The notes under the pieces: generated by a model
Databases searched by the model: none
What the model saw: the letters and a program-made list of their open reading frames with translations, nothing else
What the model was told of the DNA's origin: nothing
Translations under genes and position numbers: made by a program
In this document: positions 1 to 9,498 of the stretch, one piece after another
How positions within the stretch are numbered: the stretch's first letter is position 1
How the letters are laid out: every line of letters starts with the position of its first letter
DNA from: Acidobacteriota bacterium
GTDB lineage: Bacteria > Acidobacteriota > Terriglobia > Terriglobales > Acidobacteriaceae
Direction of reading: 5' to 3'
Assembly (NCBI GenBank): GCA_021781495.1
Contig: JAJXWS010000001.1
Location: 73,551 to 137,550 of the forward strand
DNA length: 64,000 nt

Positions 1-807
1 GAAGTTGCCGCCGAAGCGCACCAGCGGCGTATGCATCTCCCTGGCCATGGCAACGGCGTCCGGATCCAGTCCGTCCTTTGCGTCCGCCGGCATCAGCGAG
101 AACTCGTCCAGCTCTACGCGCTCGTCGCCGGCAACTTCCACAACAAAGTCCGCTGGGTCCAGGCGATGCAGCTTTCCCTCCGCCACCTGAAGCGTAAAGG
201 AGTATTTCTTCCAGTCCGCGTCCGTCACGTCCATGCGCTGCGAGGCGAGCACATCGTTGCTGTTCCGGATGCGCAATGAGACCGTGATTGCGTGGTCGCC
301 GCTCAGGTGCTTGGCATAAAAGCTGCCCACGTAGTCGCGCGTGCGATGAACCGGCAGATAGACCCTTTGCCGGATGCCGGTAGCCTGGCCCGGCACGCCA
401 AACACACGCAGCGACTGCCACGAGTTGGCCGCGTCGCCATAGTGAATCTCATAGCGGTTGCCCTGGCCTGCATCCAGCGGCTCCCACGGCAGCGGCAGAT
501 CCAGGTCGCCCGCGCGGCGCAGATCGGGCTGCTCGCGCAGCATCTGCTCCACTTTGTCGGGGCTCCACAGGCCCGACTCGAAGCTGGGATTCTGCAGTAT
601 CTCTGCCCAGAGTCCGTTGTAAGTGGAGTTGCCGATTGGCTCAAGAAACGTTCCGAAGATGGTGTGCGGAATCGCCTGGCCCGCAACCTTCGCGGCATAC
701 ACGTCGATGGTGGCTGTCTGCGGAATCGGCTGTACAACCGTAATCTGTCCTTGCGCGCTGACCGCGAAGCACAGTGAGAATGCACCCAGAAGAACTCGCT
801 TGATCAC
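1..807 (-). CDS. GH51 alpha-L-arabinofuranosidase, N-terminal part (runs off the left edge)
   Basis: Not in the ORF track; read manually from GTG at 807: MIKRVLLGAFSLCFAVSAQG (signal peptide)...IPHTIFGTFLEPIGNSTYNGLWAEILQNPSFE...MHTPLVRFGGNF, matching the GH51 N-terminal FxE..G...Y.GlWAE and RfpGGNF motifs. Confidence 0.85.
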   Translation of the reverse strand, partial: MIKRVLLGAFSLCFAVSAQGQITVVQPIPQTATIDVYAAKVAGQAIPHTIFGTFLEPIGNSTYNGLWAEILQNPSFESGLWSPDKVEQMLREQPDLRRAGDLDLPLPWEPLDAGQGNRYEIHYGDAANSWQSLRVFGVPGQATGIRQRVYLPVHRTRDYVGSFYAKHLSGDHAITVSLRIRNSNDVLASQRMDVTDADWKKYSFTLQVAEGKLHRLDPADFVVEVAGDERVELDEFSLMPADAKDGLDPDAVAMAREMHTPLVRFGGNF

Positions 808-890
808 AACTTTCCTTCCTTCGCTGAAACAAACCAGTCTTGCTCCGGCGCCCCGCGAATGCATGGCTGTGCAGGCGGGGCGCCAGTCTG

Positions 891-3284
891 CTACTGCAAA
901 GTGGTAACGTGCACATAGTCAAACTGCGCAATGTAGCCCGAGCGGTTGCCGGCGTACAGGCAGATCTTTGCCCCGCTGCCCAGTTGATGCACCCACGTAC
1001 CGCCCTGGATCCACGTCACGCCGTCATTGCTGCTGTACGCGGTGTAGTGCTCCTCGCCGTCCACATCGCGCTTCACCAGGCGCACCCACGCGCTCACTTC
1101 GGTTGCAATCGCCGCGGGGCCTAGGTTGGTCGCACCCCAGGTGGGATACCCGGTCTGCTGCACCGTCTGCGCCTTGATGAACTCGATCTGGCGCGTGTCG
1201 TTGTTGTTGTACAGGTCCACGCGGACAAAGTCGCTGTCGTCCTTGTAGAGCAGGATGCCAGCCTGCGCGTAGTTGGGGCCCACGCCGCTTGTGGGCAGGT
1301 TGATGCTGAGCCTGGTCTCAATCATGTAGTCGCCCGCCGGGGTCGGCTCCTCAATCATCGGCACATTCTGCATGGCGCCGATCGGGTCATACGCCACTGA
1401 AGTCACCTGGTAGGCTGAACCGGTCAGCGTGTAGGCGGGCGTGCCGTTCAGGAAAGACCATTGCGAGCTCAGCGTCGTGCTGTTGAACTCGTCTGAAAAC
1501 GCAGGCAGGGGCGTGCCGGGCGCGTCCGGCACGGCAAGCGTGGCGACATAGCTGTTGGTTGCGCCGGGTTGCGCCGCGGGCATGGGCTGCGGTGCGTCCT
1601 TATCGGATGCGCCAAAGCCACCACGCACGACGGGCCAGTCATTCACCCAGTCCAGCGCATCAATGAACCCCGGCCGCGCGGTGTAACCCACGATGCCCGT
1701 GTAGTACGGGGTTGCCGCAAGAATGCCGTGATAGAGCATGTAGTCGTGTCCGGACTCATCCGTAAAGACCACGTTGCCACCGGGGCCGATGACGCTGTTT
1801 CCGTTCATGCGAATCACCGGCGTTCCACCCGGATTGGTGGCCAGCATCGAGATTCCCTGCGCATCCAGATACGGCCCCATGGGCGATGTGGCGCGGCCCA
1901 CATACACGCTGTATCCGCTGAGCGGGCCGTTGCAACAGTTGGTGGACGAGGCGAACAGATAGTAGTAGCCGTTGTGGTACCACCAGTTGCCGCCTTCATA
2001 GCGATTGTCCACGGCCACCTGCTGCTCGCTCGTCGCATCTGAGGTGAGCCCGTCTGCCGAGAGCTTGCGAACATACAGCCCGCCGCCAAAGCTGCCGAAC
2101 AGGATGTAGCGCTGGCCTGAGGAATCCTGAATCTCATCCGGATCAATGGTGGAGCGATAGGACCCTGAGCAGCAGTTCGTCGCCAGCTCCGGCGCAACCA
2201 CCGGCGTGCCGCTGTCTACAAACGGGCCCGCGGGACTGCTGCTCGTGCCCACTCCAATGGCCGAGCCGTTGCCGGGCAGGCTGGTGGCCGAGGCGGCATA
2301 GTACAGATAGTACTGGCCGTTGAAATACTTGATGGCGGGCGCCCACAGCGAGGCCCCACTCACGTTAGCCCAGGTTGGCAAACCGGCAAAGGCATTGTTC
2401 AGATAGGTCCAGTTCACCAGGTCCGTGGAGCTGAAGATATTGATGTAATGCGGATTGGGATCGTTTGGATAAAGCTGATCGCTGGTGCAGTACAGATACC
2501 ACGTGTCCGTGCTCCCGCTCTGATCCTTGTAAATCGCGGGGTCCGCGCAACTGACCGCGGTAAGCGAGCCCGACAGATTCAGCGTCAGCGGATTGCTGAA
2601 GGTGGTGGCCGCAGACACGCTGATGCTGACGGCGACAGAAGGAGCGGCGGAGGTGGCGTACGTAGCGTCTCCGCTGTACGTCGCCATAACCGTATCCGCG
2701 CCCACAGGCAGCCGCGTGGAGGTGAAGTGCGCGTTGCCCAGCGGATCGACGGCCGCCGTTCCCAGCGCGGTCGATCCGCTGCTGAAGGTGACCGTGCCCG
2801 TGGCCGTAGCGGGTGTAACCGCTGCTACAAGCTCCACCGGAAGCCCCTGCGTGGAAGCCGCTGCTGTGCTCGTCAAAACCAGCGCGCTCACCAGCTTGTT
2901 TACGGTCACCTGCACGGCCGCGGACGTGGAAGCCGTATAGCTCGCATTGCCCCCGTAGCTGGCCGTGATGCTGTGCGTACCGGCGGTCAGTGTTGAGCCC
3001 GACCATTGCGCCTGCCCTGAGGCATTCAAGGTCCCGGTGCCAAGACTCGTGGCGCCATCGTAGAACGACACTGACCCCGAGGCGACAGCGGTGCTGCCGG
3101 AAGTTACGCTGGCCGTGAGCGTGATGGAGCTGCCCACGTTGATGGTCGCCGCCGAAGAGGACAGCGTGGTGGTGGTCGACGAGGCGGTCGGCGTCGAGTT
3201 GCCCGATCCGCCCGAACACGCGGATAAGAAGATGGAGGCGAGAAAGACGAGTGCGAACGATACAAACAACCGATAGCAGCGCAT
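891..3284 (-). CDS. Lipoprotein GH43 glycoside hydrolase (arabinanase/xylosidase-like) with two Ig-like domains and a C-terminal beta-sandwich domain
   Basis: Lipobox FLSAC; Thr/Ser-rich Ig-like repeats (VTFSSGSTALGTA, Y.GDA.Y..S.S); GH43 catalytic motifs ADPAI, WAP, IDP, YEGG. Confidence 0.88.
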   Translation of the reverse strand: MRCYRLFVSFALVFLASIFLSACSGGSGNSTPTASSTTTTLSSSAATINVGSSITLTASVTSGSTAVASGSVSFYDGATSLGTGTLNASGQAQWSGSTLTAGTHSITASYGGNASYTASTSAAVQVTVNKLVSALVLTSTAAASTQGLPVELVAAVTPATATGTVTFSSGSTALGTAAVDPLGNAHFTSTRLPVGADTVMATYSGDATYATSAAPSVAVSISVSAATTFSNPLTLNLSGSLTAVSCADPAIYKDQSGSTDTWYLYCTSDQLYPNDPNPHYINIFSSTDLVNWTYLNNAFAGLPTWANVSGASLWAPAIKYFNGQYYLYYAASATSLPGNGSAIGVGTSSSPAGPFVDSGTPVVAPELATNCCSGSYRSTIDPDEIQDSSGQRYILFGSFGGGLYVRKLSADGLTSDATSEQQVAVDNRYEGGNWWYHNGYYYLFASSTNCCNGPLSGYSVYVGRATSPMGPYLDAQGISMLATNPGGTPVIRMNGNSVIGPGGNVVFTDESGHDYMLYHGILAATPYYTGIVGYTARPGFIDALDWVNDWPVVRGGFGASDKDAPQPMPAAQPGATNSYVATLAVPDAPGTPLPAFSDEFNSTTLSSQWSFLNGTPAYTLTGSAYQVTSVAYDPIGAMQNVPMIEEPTPAGDYMIETRLSINLPTSGVGPNYAQAGILLYKDDSDFVRVDLYNNNDTRQIEFIKAQTVQQTGYPTWGATNLGPAAIATEVSAWVRLVKRDVDGEEHYTAYSSNDGVTWIQGGTWVHQLGSGAKICLYAGNRSGYIAQFDYVHVTTLQ

Positions 3285-3350
3285 GAATGGTCCCAGTAAG
3301 AGGATTGCAAGGAGCGCTGTGCGTAGATCGTTCCCGGCGCAGGCCGCGCA

Positions 3351-4532
3351 CTACTCCTTGGTTTTAGATTGAGCGGTGGGCATTGGCGCGGACCCGAATC
3401 CGGCGGAGATCGCGCTCAGTGCCTGCGGATTCAGCTTCGCGTTCTCAGCCTTCATCCGCGTGTATTCCTGTACAGCCCGGTTGGCATCCTGCTGCCTTCC
3501 CAGCTTGTGATAGACCCGCGAAAGTTCGTACTCGATGCGCGGTGCCAGCTCCGGCTCGGGATGCATGGCGCGCGCCTTTTCCAGAGCCACAAGCGCATCC
3601 TGAATATGACCTAAATCGAACTCGCCCAGACCCAGATAAAAGTAGGTGGCTGGAACGTTCCGGTAGTTGGCCACCACCTTGCGCAGAAGCACAAGCCCCT
3701 CCTGCGGATGATTTGTTTCGATGTCCATCTTGGCCAGGTTGTACATCGCGATCGGGTTGTTAGGACTCAGCTCAAGCTCTTTGGCATACGCCTTCTGAGC
3801 CAGGTCCGCCTCGCTCGACTTGCGATACTCCTCGGCCAGTTGCTCGTAGAGGTCGGAGTTGTTCGGCATCTGCTTGATTGCCTCCAGATACTCCGCGATG
3901 GCCTCCTTGTGCTGATTCTGCTGTGCGTAGATCTGTGCCTGAACCTTGTGGACATGCCATGAGTTGGGATCGATCGCCGCCATGCGCGCATAGCTGGCGA
4001 ACGCCACGTCACTGTGTGCCTTGCCACGATATTCAAGGATGTTGAGATCGTTTGGAGCCAGCTCTGCTGCACGGTCAAGCGGCGCCGTGGCCTTCTCCGG
4101 ATGTCCATCCTGCAGCTCAACCACGCCCAGCCACATCTCTGCCTGGGCGTTCTGCGGATCAAGCGCGGCAGCGCGCTGCAGTGCCTGCACCGCATCGTTC
4201 ACGCGGTGCATCTGCGCATATGCAATGCCCAGAAAAAGATTCGCGCCCGGCAGGTCGGGAACAAGTGTAACCGCGCGTGAAAGCAGATCCGCTGCCTCTG
4301 GAGACTTGCCAAGCCGCAGGTCCGCCACACCCAGGGCCATCAGCGCGGTAGCGTTATTCGGCTCTGTTTTCACGGCCTGCTGAAACCACTTCACCGCTTC
4401 ATCGAACCGGCCCGCGTGCATGGCGTCCGTGCCGTTGCGGAGCGCTTCGTCCGCTGAGGAAGGCGCCTGCGCCGGCAGCAGCGAGGCAGCCAATAGACTG
4501 CAAAACATCAGTAGCGAGCAGAGTGTTCTCAT
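3351..4532 (-). CDS. Secreted tetratricopeptide-repeat protein
   Basis: Start moved to ATG 4532 (MRTLCSLLMFCSLLAASLLPA signal peptide); multiple TPR units (A...LG......G...EA...L..A..L.P). Confidence 0.85.
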   Translation of the reverse strand: MRTLCSLLMFCSLLAASLLPAQAPSSADEALRNGTDAMHAGRFDEAVKWFQQAVKTEPNNATALMALGVADLRLGKSPEAADLLSRAVTLVPDLPGANLFLGIAYAQMHRVNDAVQALQRAAALDPQNAQAEMWLGVVELQDGHPEKATAPLDRAAELAPNDLNILEYRGKAHSDVAFASYARMAAIDPNSWHVHKVQAQIYAQQNQHKEAIAEYLEAIKQMPNNSDLYEQLAEEYRKSSEADLAQKAYAKELELSPNNPIAMYNLAKMDIETNHPQEGLVLLRKVVANYRNVPATYFYLGLGEFDLGHIQDALVALEKARAMHPEPELAPRIEYELSRVYHKLGRQQDANRAVQEYTRMKAENAKLNPQALSAISAGFGSAPMPTAQSKTKE

Positions 4533-4706
4533 TCGAAGATGGTCCCCTTGATGAAACATTGCAATCACTCGAACGAAGAGCACTCTACTGCGGTTGACCT
4601 TGAGTTCGCAATGCAGCGGCCTGGTACAACCCGGCCGTAATACAGGGTGAACAGCGGGGATATGGGACGCGCTCCATATCCCCGCCGGGCCTGGAAACAC
4701 CCGCGG

Positions 4707-7700
4707 CTAGAACGTAAAGCGCGCGGTTAGCTGAATGTTTCTCGGCGAGTTGATGGTCCCTTGCGGCAGGCCGAACGTACCGTAGCTGTACGGCTGCAGG
4801 TTGGGAATGGTGAACGTGTGCTGGTTGAAGGCATTCAGCAGCTCCGCCTTGATGCTGAGGGTGTAGTCCTCATACAAGGGGAACTTCTTGATGATGCTCA
4901 GGTCGTCGTTGAAGTACGGCGGCGTGCGCACCTCGCTGGTGGTTCGCGGAATGCCGACACCGAAGCTGTAGGGCTGGTTTGGCGAGCCGTTGCAGTTCGC
5001 CAGCTTGGCCGCCGTACAGTCGCGGTTGTAGTTGTTGTTCCGGTCGTAGAAGGCGATCGGCGCCCCTGCAACCGGCGAGCCGGTACGCGTTACGTCGTTG
5101 TACTCCATGTTGAACATGGTGTTGACGTTCGGATCAAGCGATCCTCCCGGCGGCACCACGACAAACGGATTGATGTGTTTTGCGCCGCGTTTGTACACCG
5201 CGCTCTTCAAAGAGCTTCCCGGCTGCCTGCTGAAGCGAATGCAGTTCTGGAATCCCGGAATGCCCCATCCGCAGCCGAAGGAAAGCGGCTGGCCTGACTG
5301 CATGCGTTGCACAGCGCCCAGTTCCCATCCGCCCAGGATGTAGGACACAGCACCGTGGTTCGCAAAGCGCTTGCCCTTGCCGAACGGCAGCTCATAAAAG
5401 CCGCTGATGACAAGCGTATGGCGGATATCCATGGCCGAGATGGCCTTCTCAGCATGGAGGTTGTTGACGTTCATATCCTGCGAGATACCCACACCGGAGT
5501 TGGGCAGCGCGCTGTCCGCATCCGTAAAGGTCTTGCCGTAGGTGTAGGAGGCCTGCAGGTTCATGCCCTGGTGGAAGTGGCGTGTCACGCTGGCCACCAG
5601 TGCGTTGAAGCTGGACATACCCACGTTCTCAAGGCAGCAGCCCTGGTCGATGAAGTCGTACTGCGGGAAGGGCCGCAGGGCCGACTGCAGTGAGGGATTG
5701 CCGCCCCAGTTCTGCAGGAACTGCGGGAAGGGCAGCGGAATGCCGGCGGAGTTCCCCTTGAACGGCTCATAGAGCGAGTTGCCCAGGGAGAAGTACTTCT
5801 CCGGCATGTTGTTCGGGTTAAGCAGGTTCGACGAAAGATCCGTGGAGTGGTTGCCGATGTAACCCACGGTCAGGATCAGGTCCTCCGCCAGCTGATGCTG
5901 CACCTGCAGTGTCCAGTTGTACACCGTCGCAGGGCGGCCGGCGCTGGGGGCAATGTAGGAACCGGGCACATACTTGCCGTTGAAGTAGCCCGGATTCTCG
6001 TCAGGAGGCGGCGTAAACGCGGGCATACCATTGTCGATCTGGAACGACGGATCGAAGCCGTTGTGGCTGGGCGCCGTCGGGTAGGCCGTGTAGCCGGTGA
6101 CCATGCTGCCGCCAAAGTCGTCATACACCAGCGGGCCATAGATAATGCCGGCGCCGCCGCGGATAACCGTCTTCTGGTGCAGGAAGTCCGGCGTCCAGGC
6201 AAAGCCCAGGCGGGGACCGATGTCCTTGTGCCAGGTGTTGGCCCAGCGCGTGTTGCAGCCGTTGCACTTGTCGCCAAAGACCAGCGCGCCGGGAATGCCG
6301 TATGCCGTGTCAATCGCCGTGGGACTGAAGTTGGACGTGTTGTTGTGCGCCTCAGTGCGCGGCACATCCACGTCGTAGCGCAGTCCGATGTTCAGCGTAA
6401 GGTTGGGTGTGATCTTGTAGTCATCCTGGATGAAGAACGCATAGTACCAGGAGGTCCACCGCTGGCCGCGCAGAACGACGTTCGTGCCGCCGTTGTCTGC
6501 CTCGCCCAGCATCATGCTGGCAAATCCAAGACCGCCGCCCTGTGCAATGGCTCCGGCCGTCTCATTGCCGCTGAAGTTGATCCACTCGTTTCTGCCGTTG
6601 ATGGGCGAGTACTGCTGGAAGCGGATGTCGGCGCCGACCTTCACGTTGTGATGGCCGTGCGTCCACACCAGGGCATCGTTCAGGCGAATGCCGTTATCCA
6701 CGTTGTCGCCGTTATTGCCAAAGCCCAGGCCAAGCGGGGCATCGCCCGTGTTGATCAGCGGGAAGTTCTTGCCGCCCGTGTTGCTCAGGCCCACAAGCTG
6801 GCTCCAGTTCTTCCCAAGGTTCACGGCCTGCGAGTAGTTCTTGCTGTTGCTGCGGTTGGTGCCGATAACCAGGTAGTTCAGCAGGTTGGGCCGCAGCGAG
6901 TAGTCCAGTCCCATGCGGAAGAAGTGGGTGGTGAAGTCCTGGTACCAGCCCTGCGTGCTGACCGGCGAAGGCAGTGTGGCAAAGCCGCCCGTGAACAGAT
7001 CGTTCTCGCGGGTGTTGTAGGAGCCCCAGATCTTCGCCTTGTCACTGAAGTTGTGGTCAATGCGAAGGCTGTAGGTGGTGTTGGTGATGGGCTTCAGAGA
7101 CAACTGCGTGTAGTTGCTGAACACGTCGTTGGTGGTCGGCTTGGGGTAATAGGCAACCAGCGCCTTGGCCACCGTGCTCAGCCGGCCAGCCGGAATCACG
7201 TTCGTCGGGTTCTGGTTGGTCCCGAAGGCCGTGCGGCATTCCGTGGTGCCTCCGCCCGGCAGCGTCACGGTCTGCGTGCTCGCCGGATCAAAGATCTCGC
7301 CCTGGTAGACGGGCGTGCCGTCGCACGGGTTGGTGCCGGTCTGGATGTTGGTCAGGCGATCCGAAAAGTCTCCCTGCCGCTCAGACATCGTGGGAATCGT
7401 GCTCGTGACCGATGCGCCCAGCGTGTACTTCAGCTGCTCCCAGGAGAAGAAGAAGAAGCTCTTGTCGCGCCCGTTGTAGAGCTTGGGAATGCGGATGGGG
7501 CCGCCGAACGTGCCGCCGTAGTCGTTCTTGTGGTCGGCAGGCGTCTTGTAGCGGTTGCGGCACTGCGGAGTGTCGTTGGTGCCGGTGCAGTAATAGGAGC
7601 GCCAGCCCTTGTTGAAGAAGGTGTTCGCATCCAGCGAGGTGTCGCGATAGATGTCGTAGATGGTGCCGTGATAGGCGTTGGTGCCGCTCTTGGTCACAAA

Positions 7701-8438
7701 GTCTTCCACGCCACCGGTCGTGCGGCCATACTCGGCCTCGGGCAGCGATGTCGTAACCTTGAACTCCGCCAGCGCTTCCACTGAGGGCGCCTCTTCGTCG
7801 TACGAGGAGCCGTTCTCACTGCGCTGCTGGCTCACGCCATCAATCAGCACTTCGTTGCCGTAGTTCTGTCCGCCGGCAACCTTGGAAAGAAAGATGCCGT
7901 TGTTGCTGTTGGCCGCGCCGGGGCCCGTGGTTGCCGGCTGCAGAAACACAAAGGCCTCGTTTGCGCGCATGGCGCCAACGCCGCCCAGTGCAAGCGGAAG
8001 ATCCGTAATCTGCTTCTCCGTAATGATGCCGCCCACATCGGACGACTCCGTCTCCAGCGTCGGCCCAATGCTGCTCACCGTCACTTCCTCTGAGATGGAG
8101 CCCGGCTGCAGGATCACATCCAGAGACGCGACCGTGCCAATCTGCACCAGCACATTCTTTGTAACAGTGGTCTTAAAGCCCGTCGCGCTCACGGTTACCG
8201 TGTAGGTACCAAGAGCCGCGTCTTCAAAGCGATACAGACCCACCGAGGTGGTTACCGCGTTGTATGTGGAGTTGGTGGCCGAGTTAACAATGGTCACCTT
8301 CGCGCCGGCGATGACTGCGCCTGTCGAGTCAGTCACGACTCCGGCCAGCGAACCGTGCACTGACTGTGCCTGCAAACCCACTGCAAGCAGAAGCAGTGCG
8401 ACGACCGCAAAGCATCTCCCAAGCATGTACCTTCTCAT
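4707..8438 (-). CDS. TonB-dependent receptor, Oar/carboxypeptidase-regulatory-domain type
   Basis: Signal peptide, GSLAGVVTDSTGAVIAGAKVTI N-domain, LPL plug region, EFKVTTS...AEYGRTTGGV, LNIGLRYDV, C-terminal PRNIQLTARFTF. Confidence 0.93.
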   Translation of the reverse strand: MRRYMLGRCFAVVALLLLAVGLQAQSVHGSLAGVVTDSTGAVIAGAKVTIVNSATNSTYNAVTTSVGLYRFEDAALGTYTVTVSATGFKTTVTKNVLVQIGTVASLDVILQPGSISEEVTVSSIGPTLETESSDVGGIITEKQITDLPLALGGVGAMRANEAFVFLQPATTGPGAANSNNGIFLSKVAGGQNYGNEVLIDGVSQQRSENGSSYDEEAPSVEALAEFKVTTSLPEAEYGRTTGGVEDFVTKSGTNAYHGTIYDIYRDTSLDANTFFNKGWRSYYCTGTNDTPQCRNRYKTPADHKNDYGGTFGGPIRIPKLYNGRDKSFFFFSWEQLKYTLGASVTSTIPTMSERQGDFSDRLTNIQTGTNPCDGTPVYQGEIFDPASTQTVTLPGGGTTECRTAFGTNQNPTNVIPAGRLSTVAKALVAYYPKPTTNDVFSNYTQLSLKPITNTTYSLRIDHNFSDKAKIWGSYNTRENDLFTGGFATLPSPVSTQGWYQDFTTHFFRMGLDYSLRPNLLNYLVIGTNRSNSKNYSQAVNLGKNWSQLVGLSNTGGKNFPLINTGDAPLGLGFGNNGDNVDNGIRLNDALVWTHGHHNVKVGADIRFQQYSPINGRNEWINFSGNETAGAIAQGGGLGFASMMLGEADNGGTNVVLRGQRWTSWYYAFFIQDDYKITPNLTLNIGLRYDVDVPRTEAHNNTSNFSPTAIDTAYGIPGALVFGDKCNGCNTRWANTWHKDIGPRLGFAWTPDFLHQKTVIRGGAGIIYGPLVYDDFGGSMVTGYTAYPTAPSHNGFDPSFQIDNGMPAFTPPPDENPGYFNGKYVPGSYIAPSAGRPATVYNWTLQVQHQLAEDLILTVGYIGNHSTDLSSNLLNPNNMPEKYFSLGNSLYEPFKGNSAGIPLPFPQFLQNWGGNPSLQSALRPFPQYDFIDQGCCLENVGMSSFNALVASVTRHFHQGMNLQASYTYGKTFTDADSALPNSGVGISQDMNVNNLHAEKAISAMDIRHTLVISGFYELPFGKGKRFANHGAVSYILGGWELGAVQRMQSGQPLSFGCGWGIPGFQNCIRFSRQPGSSLKSAVYKRGAKHINPFVVVPPGGSLDPNVNTMFNMEYNDVTRTGSPVAGAPIAFYDRNNNYNRDCTAAKLANCNGSPNQPYSFGVGIPRTTSEVRTPPYFNDDLSIIKKFPLYEDYTLSIKAELLNAFNQHTFTIPNLQPYSYGTFGLPQGTINSPRNIQLTARFTF

Positions 8439-8808
8439 GGACTTTCATTGCCTCCAGAATTGCCCTGTAGGGTGCTGGCTCCTCAGAACTGCAAGAAGAC
8501 CGCCCCGCTCTGTACGTGGAAACACACCTGCGCCGCAAAACGGACGCAGGCCGCCAACTCGGAAAAGGCTATTCATCTGAGAAAAGAAAATCTTGAGCGG
8601 GTAAGCCTATTGACAATGCCCACGAACGATGGTCTACTGCCAACTCCGCAATTGCCGGGAAATTCCCTTCGGCAGCGGGCCGCAATCACTTCATGCCGCG
8701 CCGCATGCCCGCCCGTAAGCGCGCAAGACATCGCGCCGCGACGGCATTCTTCCCGTGCGGTGATTCGAAATGCATGTTGTGCAGGACGGCCGGGGGCCTG
8801 CGGCTGCG

Positions 8809-9498
8809 CTACATCTCCTCCGGCTGCACGATGCCGCGCGCCAGGCAGAAGCTCACCGCCTCTGTGCGGTCAGAGACTTCCAGCTTCGCCAGCAGGCTGC
8901 TCACCTGGTTCTTCACCGTGCTGGGCGAGATGCCATACACTGAGGCGATCTCGCGATTCGTCAGGCCTCGGGCCAGCAGCTTCAGCACCTCCAGCTCGCG
9001 CGCCGTCAACGGCTGGCGAAGCACGCGATCCGCAAACTGGCGCTGAATGCTGGGCGAGATCCAGCCCTTGCCCGCATGGACGGCGCGGATTGCCTTGATC
9101 AGCATCTCGCGCCCGGTGTCCTTCAGGATGTAGCCCAGCGCGCCGGCGTTCAAAACCTGAAAGATCTCTTCCTCGGTCTGGTAGCTGGTCACGATCAGGA
9201 TGCGGGCATCGGCGGCCTCTTTGCGAATGGCGCGAACCACCTCGATGCCGCCCTTCTGCGGCATGCGCAGATCCAGCAGCACCACATCGGGCCTGAGCCC
9301 CCGGAACAGCTCAATGGCCTGCGCTCCGTCTGAGGCTTCGCCTACCACCTCAAAACCGTGCTCGGATCCAAGCAGGTTGCGGATGCCGATGCGATACACA
9401 AGATGATCGTCCGCCACCAGAATCCGGATGGAGCGCTCCGTTGCGTGGCCATCCGTGTGCCGCTGCCGCGCGGGAGCGGTATTTCTTTCCTTTGTCAT
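8809..9498 (-). CDS. NarL/LuxR-family response regulator
   Basis: IRILVADDH, LLDLRMP, GYILKD, LTARELEVLKLLARGLTNREIA HTH. Confidence 0.93.
   Translation of the reverse strand: MTKERNTAPARQRHTDGHATERSIRILVADDHLVYRIGIRNLLGSEHGFEVVGEASDGAQAIELFRGLRPDVVLLDLRMPQKGGIEVVRAIRKEAADARILIVTSYQTEEEIFQVLNAGALGYILKDTGREMLIKAIRAVHAGKGWISPSIQRQFADRVLRQPLTARELEVLKLLARGLTNREIASVYGISPSTVKNQVSSLLAKLEVSDRTEAVSFCLARGIVQPEEM

Noticed and set aside
8610-8638. TTGACA-N17-TCTACT, a possible antisense promoter pointing into the response regulator
   Set aside because: The -10 lacks the critical A at -11, and there is no other support.
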